A stretch of DNA of 35,742 bases from a virus. Lineage: Duplodnaviria > Caudoviricetes. Shown here one piece after another: positions 7,472 to 13,826 of the stretch (position 1 is the stretch's first letter; each line of letters begins with the position of its first letter). Both the position numbers and the translations under genes were made by a program. The notes beneath the pieces were generated by a model. It ran no database searches and had not been told where the DNA came from. It saw only the letters and a list, made by a program, of their open reading frames with translations. The stretch is from positions 1-35,742 of IMG/VR virus record IMGVR_UViG_3300047282_000185; one strand, written 5' to 3'.

Positions 7472-8601
7472 TACTGTACTCCAAGGTTAAGAAAAGCACT
7501 CTTCAGGTGAGCGCCAAGTTGAAGCACCTCGGGCCTCGGATCGCTCCGGGGCACCAGGGTGCTACCCGAACTGATGGCGACGACGACATCCTCGGGCATT
7601 TCGAGCTTCTTCTTTTTGAGAATCTTCTCTACTTGCGCCGGGGACAGCATCTTGCTCTCCATCAGTTCAGATTCGGTCAGGCCCAAGGCGAGCAGCGCCT
7701 CTTTCGCGCCGTCGGCCCACTGGCGCGTTGCGCGCTTGGCCACCAGTTTGTGATCGGGCAGTTTAACGCCGCTCTCGGCCATTTGGAAGGCCAGCGCGCG
7801 CAGATCGTTGATCCATTGCTCGACGATCTCTGCCTGTTTCAGGTACTCGTTAATCTGCGTAACGTCCAGGTCTTGCACGCGCTTGAGTGTGGTGCGCTGC
7901 ACAAGGCCAGTCATCTGCGGGCAGATCGGTTTTGCCGCGCACCAGCGGCAATGATCGCCCACCGCTAGGCGAGCATCCGGGCGCTGGGCCTCCTTGACCG
8001 CCGCGACCAGTTCGCGCTCGAAACGCTTGATGCGCTCAGGGGTGGTCGTCCAGCGGCGAATGCTGGGCGGCTGCACAATGACGCATTCGATCTCGGTTGC
8101 GCCCTCGAACACCCACTGCGCCTTAGCAGTACGCATGGCCGCAGCGGCGTAGAACATTAATTGATCATTTTCTTCGACCTCGACGATCACGCCGTCGCCG
8201 AACTTCCAGTCCAGCACGATGGCCTTGTTGTCGATACGGCCCAAGAGGTCGGTGCTGCCAAAGACGCCCGGCAGGAGTTCGCCGAATTCGACCATCGTCT
8301 CTACCGCGTACTGCATGCGGTCATCGGGGTCGATCTCGTCGAGCGCCGCCAGCGCGGGCAGCAGCTTCTCGTCGATGAGTTCCTGCGTGAGTTCCTGCTC
8401 GCCGTAGCGCTCGCCCAAAAAGTCCTCGGGCACGGCGGTGTCGCTGTCCAGAATCTGCGCGATCACATTGTGAAGCAGCGTGCCTTCGTCGGCGTATTTG
8501 CTGCTGGGGCGCTCGGGCATCTGCTGCACAAGCGCCACGCTGCCGGGGCAGTTGATGACGCGCTTGGCAGTGGAGCCGCCGACGATCTTCGAATGTTGCA
8601 C
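7471..8601 (-). CDS. DUF2800 / Cas4-like PD-(D/E)xK exonuclease
   Basis: N-terminal HSKIVGGS..R..NCPGS, EGTLLH, GSTD...DWKFG, QLMFYA, HCRWC..KPIC Cys cluster. Confidence 0.9.
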   Translation of the reverse strand: MQHSKIVGGSTAKRVINCPGSVALVQQMPERPSSKYADEGTLLHNVIAQILDSDTAVPEDFLGERYGEQELTQELIDEKLLPALAALDEIDPDDRMQYAVETMVEFGELLPGVFGSTDLLGRIDNKAIVLDWKFGDGVIVEVEENDQLMFYAAAAMRTAKAQWVFEGATEIECVIVQPPSIRRWTTTPERIKRFERELVAAVKEAQRPDARLAVGDHCRWCAAKPICPQMTGLVQRTTLKRVQDLDVTQINEYLKQAEIVEQWINDLRALAFQMAESGVKLPDHKLVAKRATRQWADGAKEALLALGLTESELMESKMLSPAQVEKILKKKKLEMPEDVVVAISSGSTLVPRSDPRPEVLQLGAHLKSAFLNLGVQ

Positions 8602-8625
8602 TGTACTCTCCTGTTGTGTGCAGCC

Positions 8626-8654
8626 ACTGTAGCACAGAAAAATCTCTTGTGCAA
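8626..8654 (-). promoter_or_regulatory. sigma70 promoter for the leftward replication operon
   Basis: On - strand TTGCAC-17bp-TACAGT with extended TG; AGGAG SD before the GTG at 8601. Confidence 0.7.
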
Positions 8655-8676
8655 AAGTTTTTTAGTGTGTTAAATT
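8647..8676 (+). promoter_or_regulatory. Overlapping divergent sigma70 promoter for the rightward operon
   Basis: TTGTGC-18bp-TAAATT with TGn extension; predicted +1 at about 8683-8684. Confidence 0.55.
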
Positions 8677-8683
8677 GTGGGGC

Positions 8684-8959
8684 ATGAAAGAAGCCGAGAT
8701 CGAAAAACACTTCGACTGGACAGTGCAGCGCATGGGCGGCAAGACCTATAAGTTCACCTCGCCCAACCAGCGTGGAGTTGCGGATCGTATCGCATGCATG
8801 CCCGACGGCACAACATGGTTTGTCGAACTCAAGACCAAGGGCGGGCGGCTGTCGGAATTGCAGAAGATTTTCCAATCGGATATGGCGCGCCTGAAACAGA
8901 AGTACGCATGCCTGTGGACAAAAGAACAAGTAGACGGGTGGGCGCGTGAAACTGCGTGA
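8684..8959 (+). CDS. VRR-NUC domain nuclease
   Basis: E..IE...GG..YKF.SP..RGVADR....FVELKT.GG.LS.LQ pattern. Confidence 0.9.
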   Translation: MKEAEIEKHFDWTVQRMGGKTYKFTSPNQRGVADRIACMPDGTTWFVELKTKGGRLSELQKIFQSDMARLKQKYACLWTKEQVDGWARETA

Positions 8960-10268
8960 GTATCAAGAGACAGCCGCCGACTTCCTGTACGAGCACGACA
9001 GGGCGATGATCCTCGCGCCAGTGGGCGCGGGCAAAACGGCCATTACGCTCACGGCTATGAAGGCGATGCTGGATGACGGCGTTGTCAAGCGCTGGCTTGT
9101 GCTCGCCCCTAAGCGCGTCTGCACGGATGTCTGGCCTATAGAGGCGAAAAAATGGGCCTCCGATTTGCAGTTGGCCGTCGCCGTGGGCACGCCAGCCCAG
9201 CGCAAGGCGGCGCTCTGCGCCCAGGTTGTCGTGATCAACTACGACAACATCCAATGGTTGGCCGAGCAGGCGCTGGACTTTGACGGCGTGGTGTTCGACG
9301 AACTGACGCGCCTGAAGAACCCCTCTGGCGCGCGTTTTAAGGCGCTGGCCAAGGTGCTGGACTGCCCGATCCGCTGGGGGCTCACAGGCTCGTTTACCAG
9401 CAACGGCCTGGAGGACGTCTTCGGCCAGTGCAAGATCGTCGATGAAAAGCTCCTGGGCCGCTCCAAGGGCGCATTCATGCAGCAGTATTTTGTTTTGCTC
9501 AACCGCGAATTTGGCGACTGGGCACCGCGCCCGGGGTCGCTGACCAGGGTCATGGAAAAAATCAAGCCCGCCACGTTCGTGCTGGAGCCGGGCGAGTACA
9601 AGGACAAGTTGCCGCCGCTGCATGTGGTCGAGGTGCGCTGCGACATGGACCTGACCAAGTACGACGAGATGAAAAAGAACTTCGTCGTCGAGTTCCCCGA
9701 CGCCCGCGCTATAGCGGTCAACGCAGGCGTTGTAACAGGAAAGTTGCAACAGATGGCGTCGGGGTTTGTTTACGAGACAAATAGTTCCCCCTCCATCACG
9801 CCCGGTAAGTTCATTGTGACACAAAAAGCGGCGTGGTTTAGCACCCACAAATTTGACCGCCTTGACGAACTGCTTGATGAGAACCAACATGCCAACACTC
9901 TCATTGCGTACACATATCAGGAAGAACTGGCGCAGCTTCGCCAGCGCTATCCGAAAGCTCAGACGCTGGATGATGACCGCGCCGTGGAACGATGGAACGC
10001 GGGGCAAATCGAGCTGCTACTGGTGCATCCGAAATCAGCCGGGCACGGGCTTAACTTGCAGTTTGGAGGATCGAAAATCGTTTTCCTGTCCTTGCCTTGG
10101 TCGCTGGAACTGTACGAGCAGACCCTCGGACGTTTGCATCGATCCGGGCAGCGCCACGACGTCTGGTGCTACGTCATGCTCACCAACAAAACGGTAGACG
10201 AAAAGATTTGGGCGGCGCTACACGACAAGCGCGCGCTATCAGACATTGCAATGGAGGAACTCAAGTGA
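8946..10268 (+). CDS. SNF2-like (SF2) helicase
   Basis: LREYQ, GAGKT, VFDE, LTGS, SAGHGLNLQ, QTLGRLHRSGQ motifs. Confidence 0.93.
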   Translation: MKLREYQETAADFLYEHDRAMILAPVGAGKTAITLTAMKAMLDDGVVKRWLVLAPKRVCTDVWPIEAKKWASDLQLAVAVGTPAQRKAALCAQVVVINYDNIQWLAEQALDFDGVVFDELTRLKNPSGARFKALAKVLDCPIRWGLTGSFTSNGLEDVFGQCKIVDEKLLGRSKGAFMQQYFVLLNREFGDWAPRPGSLTRVMEKIKPATFVLEPGEYKDKLPPLHVVEVRCDMDLTKYDEMKKNFVVEFPDARAIAVNAGVVTGKLQQMASGFVYETNSSPSITPGKFIVTQKAAWFSTHKFDRLDELLDENQHANTLIAYTYQEELAQLRQRYPKAQTLDDDRAVERWNAGQIELLLVHPKSAGHGLNLQFGGSKIVFLSLPWSLELYEQTLGRLHRSGQRHDVWCYVMLTNKTVDEKIWAALHDKRALSDIAMEELK

Positions 10269-10426
10269 GACGTATTGATTTGTGGCGCGCCAAGATGAAA
10301 GCGGCCCAGGCTGAGATGAAGATTGTTGTGCGGCGGGCTAACTCGATAGCCAAGCGCCGCGCGGCGCTGGAGCGATTGATCGACGATATGGAGAAGAAAA
10401 TTGGCACTTTCCTGGCGAAAACTTAA
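10265..10426 (+). CDS. Small coiled-coil hypothetical protein (53 aa)
   Basis: GTGA overlap with the helicase stop; GGAGG SD; helical sequence RRIDLWRAKMKAAQAE... Confidence 0.55.
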   Translation: MRRIDLWRAKMKAAQAEMKIVVRRANSIAKRRAALERLIDDMEKKIGTFLAKT

Positions 10427-10592
10427 CGAGGTTCTTGCGGACTTGTCTGAAGAGCAGGTGCTGCGCCTGCTGGATGATGAGCGCATAACACACCGTCGTC
10501 TGACGGTATTGGAGCGGCTGCACCAGCGCTACACGACGCTGCGCGCCAGTCGAGAACGTATCGAACTACTAAAGGAAGCTAAACGACCATGA
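10401..10592 (+). CDS. Hypothetical protein (63 aa)
   Basis: TTG start with GGAG SD; helical protein (WRKLNEVL...RLHQRY); ATGA coupling to the next gene. Confidence 0.65.
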   Translation: MALSWRKLNEVLADLSEEQVLRLLDDERITHRRLTVLERLHQRYTTLRASRERIELLKEAKRP

Positions 10593-10759
10593 CCACGAAA
10601 CGATTCCCTCGCACTATGGAAGAAGCATTTGGCCCTTACGCTCGTGGCGGCATCTACGAGCACCCGACGCCGATGTCGCTGTCTGACAAGATCATCACTG
10701 GCGTTAGCGGCATCATTCTGTTTGGCCTGCTGCTGGCCATCCTGGGGGGTTGGCTGTGA
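10589..10759 (+). CDS. Small membrane protein (56 aa; PRTMEEAFGP + C-terminal TM)
   Basis: Translated by hand; ATGA/GTGA coupled at both ends. Confidence 0.65.
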   Translation: MTTKRFPRTMEEAFGPYARGGIYEHPTPMSLSDKIITGVSGIILFGLLLAILGGWL

Positions 10760-10956
10760 AAGACGTACAGACTGATTATAAAAGTTGGGTAGATAAATAC
10801 GGCGGCTACGCAAAGGATATGACCTTGCGGGATCACTTCGCTGCCAAGGCGTTGCAGGGAATCATCGCCACAAACTCTCACTTTGTAAAAGACGCGGAGG
10901 CTTTGGCGAGCAAGGCTTACGAGTTCGCCGACGCCATGCTGGAGGCGCGCAAATGA
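10756..10956 (+). CDS. Phage protein of the 'MTLRDxFAAKAMQG...ADAMLxAR' type
   Basis: Contains MTLRDHFAAKALQG...AYEFADAMLEARK, a motif I recognise from many phage small proteins. Confidence 0.75.
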   Translation: MKDVQTDYKSWVDKYGGYAKDMTLRDHFAAKALQGIIATNSHFVKDAEALASKAYEFADAMLEARK

Positions 10957-11123
10957 GCGGCCCATATTTTGAGACTTGGACGCACGAGAACCTCGTGAAG
11001 TTCGCCAAGGAGGCCTACGAAAAACTCCAGCGTCAGGAGGAGGAGCTTCAGCGCCTGCGCTGGCCGTTTCCGACTAAGCAAAACGCTAACTATCTGGACG
11101 ACGTTGGGGAGGCGCTGTTGTGA
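10953..11123 (+). CDS. Hypothetical protein (56 aa, MSGPYFETWTHENLVKFAKEAY...)
   Basis: Translated by hand; GGAGG SD; coupled at both ends. Confidence 0.65.
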   Translation: MSGPYFETWTHENLVKFAKEAYEKLQRQEEELQRLRWPFPTKQNANYLDDVGEALL

Positions 11124-11281
11124 CTGATCAAGAACTGATGCATCAGGCGCTGGAGGCGCTGGAATGGGCATCCGACATGATCCCTCAACAAAAGGAGCCA
11201 GTCTGCGATTGCCCGATCTGCAAGGCATCTGACGCTCTGCGAGATCGGCTGGCGCAGCCGCTGCGGGAGAAGAACGCATGA
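11120..11281 (+). CDS. Hypothetical protein with CxCxxC (53 aa)
   Basis: GTG start with GGAGG SD; QALEALE...CDCPIC; ATGA coupling downstream. Confidence 0.6.
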   Translation: MTDQELMHQALEALEWASDMIPQQKEPVCDCPICKASDALRDRLAQPLREKNA

Positions 11282-11457
11282 CCCTCGCCATCATTTTGTT
11301 CCTGTTAGCCACCTGCGTGGTGGCGCTGCTGGCTGTGCCCTTGACCATGCTGATTGCGCCGAACGACTGGCCTGACATATGGGTGAATATCAAGCTCTGG
11401 TCTGTCGTCGCGGCTGTGTGGGCGGCGGTCTGGTTCGCGGTGGGCTATGGGCAGTAA
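11278..11457 (+). CDS. Two-TM membrane protein (59 aa)
   Basis: Translated by hand: MTLAIILFLLATCVVALLAVPLTMLIA...WSVVAAVWAAVWFAVGYGQ. Confidence 0.6.
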   Translation: MTLAIILFLLATCVVALLAVPLTMLIAPNDWPDIWVNIKLWSVVAAVWAAVWFAVGYGQ

Positions 11458-11677
11458 CGTACGGATCAACCAAACACGGGAACTATTGCGTCAAAACCCG
11501 GATGGTCTAACCGCCAAGCAGATTGACGAGGCAATTAACTACAACAACTTGCCGCACGTCTACAGGATACTCAAGAGCATGCCCGACGCCTACATTGACC
11601 GCTGGCAACGCACTGGCAAGCGCCTAAGTGCCGTCTGGTGTGTCGTCGTCCCACCACCTAACTGCCCGAAACCCTAA
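11447..11677 (+). CDS. Putative winged-helix DNA-binding protein (76 aa)
   Basis: RELLRQNPDGLTAKQI...VYRILKSMPDAYIDRW fits an HTH/wing pattern. Confidence 0.6.
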   Translation: MGSNVRINQTRELLRQNPDGLTAKQIDEAINYNNLPHVYRILKSMPDAYIDRWQRTGKRLSAVWCVVVPPPNCPKP

Positions 11678-11710
11678 AAAGAAAGGGCTGCGCGCAAACA
11701 CAGCCCTTTC
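11676..11710 (-). terminator. Rho-independent terminator for - strand transcription
   Basis: Perfect 10-bp inverted repeat GAAAGGGCTG / CAGCCCTTTC (11681-11710) with an A5 tract at 11676-11680 (U-tract on -). Confidence 0.75.
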
Positions 11711-11760
11711 AACTTCTCATCGGGAAGTCCCAACAACAAGTGTCGTAACGTCTCTAGTAT

Positions 11761-11970
11761 ATGAAAACCAAATGCAAATGCCCGCCAGGAAGCCCATTTC
11801 ACTGGCGTCAAGACTCAAGACCCTCCATCTTTGTCAAAGACAACGCCGCGTTACTATCCATGCGCCAGACCGAGGTTGTTGAATCAGCCCGCCGTCAGGG
11901 CCGCGACATCGGCCACATCCCCGGCGTCACCGCTAAGGTGCGCTACTTCCACTTTTTCTCAAAAGCATGA
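11761..11970 (+). CDS. Hypothetical protein (69 aa)
   Basis: ORF track; ATGA coupling to the next gene; no clear SD. Confidence 0.5.
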   Translation: MKTKCKCPPGSPFHWRQDSRPSIFVKDNAALLSMRQTEVVESARRQGRDIGHIPGVTAKVRYFHFFSKA

Positions 11971-12143
11971 TTGACTACGCCTACCCCTGCATGATGGCCG
12001 AGAAGGCTCTCAAAGACCTGCACAATGCGGCCATTGAAGGGCGGCTGGAGGACGCCAAGGAGCACGCCCTGGTGGCGCTGGCCGAGGTGCGCCTGACGTA
12101 TCAGTCCCTGGTGGCTATGTCAGAGCGTCAAGCGCGTGATTGA
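11967..12143 (+). CDS. Hypothetical protein (58 aa, MIDYAYPCMMAEKALKDLH...)
   Basis: Translated by hand; helical; 3' end overlaps the convergent endolysin by 29 bp. Confidence 0.65.
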   Translation: MIDYAYPCMMAEKALKDLHNAAIEGRLEDAKEHALVALAEVRLTYQSLVAMSERQARD

Positions 12144-12720
12144 TGTGCTTGATGCGGTCATCTAGACCGATAACGCCGCCATTGATCTTTTTGGTCATGG
12201 CGGTGTAGTCCTTGGCGTCGGCCTCTTTGTTCAGGCCGCGCTTGTTCCAGAACCAGCCAGCCGTGAGAGCAGCGTACTTGGGCACCAGAACGTAATCTGG
12301 CGAGTGGATGAAATCCATGTCCAGCGCGTCGCCAGCCATCTTGTAGTTGTCCTTGCCGGTCAACTGGATCAGCCCGCGCCCGTGGTAGAGCCATCCGTCG
12401 CCCGTTTCCTCCGTGCCGTTGCCCATCCTGCCGCCATAGACCTTGTTGGCGATCTTTTCGGGATTGCGGGCGTACTGGTCTGCGACCTCTTTGGTCGGGA
12501 AGCGGCTGGGCCAGACCCGCATGAGAGCCTCTGCGCTGTAGTTCAGGTTCTCTTCCAAAACCTTGAAGTTCGCACTTTCATGGGCGCACTGCCCGATGAA
12601 CGCAGCCTGCCGCGCCGGGGTGTTGATCTCATAGCGGTGGAACACCTCCACCAGCGGCTCGGCCCACGAGGGGTCGATCTTCAGTTTGGTCAGGACTTCG
12701 GTGAGGGCAAGGATGGTCAT
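12115..12720 (-). CDS. Endolysin, glycoside hydrolase family 19
   Basis: FIGQCAHES, ENLNYS, YHGRGLIQLTGKDNY, TKKINGG motifs. Confidence 0.93.
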   Translation of the reverse strand: MTILALTEVLTKLKIDPSWAEPLVEVFHRYEINTPARQAAFIGQCAHESANFKVLEENLNYSAEALMRVWPSRFPTKEVADQYARNPEKIANKVYGGRMGNGTEETGDGWLYHGRGLIQLTGKDNYKMAGDALDMDFIHSPDYVLVPKYAALTAGWFWNKRGLNKEADAKDYTAMTKKINGGVIGLDDRIKHINHALDALT

Positions 12721-13214
12721 TTGACGGGCTGTGCTTTAGAGAGAAGATCGGTCTTGGCCTGCGACCCTGCGCTAGAGCCAAAGTAATAGGCAATGATGCC
12801 TGTCCACGCGGTGCCCAGCGACCCCAGCATCATCAGGATGGCCGGGTTGTTGGAGTCCACCTTGCCAAACAGCATCATCACAAGGATGCCGAAGAACCCG
12901 ACAGTGACGATGCCCGCCAACGCCGGGGGCACGATGGAGCGGGTAGCGGCCTGCATCTCGCGGGCGCTCTTCCTGTCGTCCACCGCCAGTTTCTCAAAGT
13001 TTAGGCCCAACTCCTGAGCCTGCTTTTGCAGTTCAATCTCGGCGATCTTGATCTGGGCCACCTGATCTGCGGTCAGCTTGTTGTTGCTGATCAGGTCACC
13101 AACCTCCTTCTCATCCACCCCGATGGCCTTGGAGATGGCCGAAACCGCCATGCCCGCAAGCGGACCTCCGAGTGCCGACGCGACAGTCGGCGCGATCTGT
13201 TTGAGCCAATCCAT
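12717..13214 (-). CDS. Holin (3TM/GTA-holin-like)
   Basis: N-terminal APTVASALGGPLAG, coiled coil, DRKSAREMQ, two C-terminal TM helices, YYFGSS; directly upstream of the endolysin. Confidence 0.8.
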   Translation of the reverse strand: MDWLKQIAPTVASALGGPLAGMAVSAISKAIGVDEKEVGDLISNNKLTADQVAQIKIAEIELQKQAQELGLNFEKLAVDDRKSAREMQAATRSIVPPALAGIVTVGFFGILVMMLFGKVDSNNPAILMMLGSLGTAWTGIIAYYFGSSAGSQAKTDLLSKAQPVK

Positions 13215-13822
13215 TACTGTTTACTCCTCGAAAGCATGGTTGAAGCAATCTGTAAGAGAACGCGGTACGCATCCACATCTGGCGGCTCTTCTCTCCACCC
13301 GACTGTGATCTGGCCCACCAGCTTACCCGGCTCCGGGGGGACGCCCACCCGGCACCCGTAGGTCATGCCCTTTTCGATGTACCATAGACCGATCTCAGAC
13401 TGGGCCGTCTTGTAATGGCCGCACGGGATCTCGCCTGCCATCAGCGCCACGACATCCCGGTTGTTGGAGGCGTTCGCGGTAAAGAGGCCCACATCCAGCC
13501 CCTCCAGCGTCTTATCCCGTCCCTGCTTGGTGTACGCCCGATACAGGACGCGGGTGCCAAACATGGGGTTGACCTTGAAGATCGCCACCACCGTGGCATC
13601 TGTGTTCTTGAACAGGTGCGCCGCAACGTCCTCCACCCGGTCCTCGGCAATCGACGGCAGCTTCTTTTGCTCGTTGTACGCGCCGATCAAGAACGCTTGG
13701 TTCTGCCAGACGAAGTACCCCACGAACGTGAAGATCGCCATGAGCAAGATGGCGAACAGCTTGAATGGCGAATCCACATATCCGAGAACCCGATCTAGGA
13801 CAGTGATTCGCTCATCGCTCAT
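13214..13822 (-). CDS. Bitopic membrane protein resembling T4 gpT-type holin (TM + periplasmic GAF-like domain)
   Basis: 202 aa from ATG 13822; one N-terminal TM and a soluble C-terminal domain with 2 Cys; motif order similar to T4 T as recalled; first gene of the lysis cassette. Confidence 0.55.
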   Translation of the reverse strand: MSDERITVLDRVLGYVDSPFKLFAILLMAIFTFVGYFVWQNQAFLIGAYNEQKKLPSIAEDRVEDVAAHLFKNTDATVVAIFKVNPMFGTRVLYRAYTKQGRDKTLEGLDVGLFTANASNNRDVVALMAGEIPCGHYKTAQSEIGLWYIEKGMTYGCRVGVPPEPGKLVGQITVGWREEPPDVDAYRVLLQIASTMLSRSKQ

Positions 13823-13826
13823 ACTT

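Noticed and set aside
7471-8601. Cas4-like nuclease as evidence of CRISPR-Cas
   Set aside because: No repeat-spacer array or other cas genes; DUF2800 nucleases are routine in phage replication modules.
8829-10007. 392-aa - strand ORF; likewise 31787-32998, 17655-18650, 13461-14336 and 15375-16235
   Set aside because: All lie antisense to well-supported genes and lack domain-like features.
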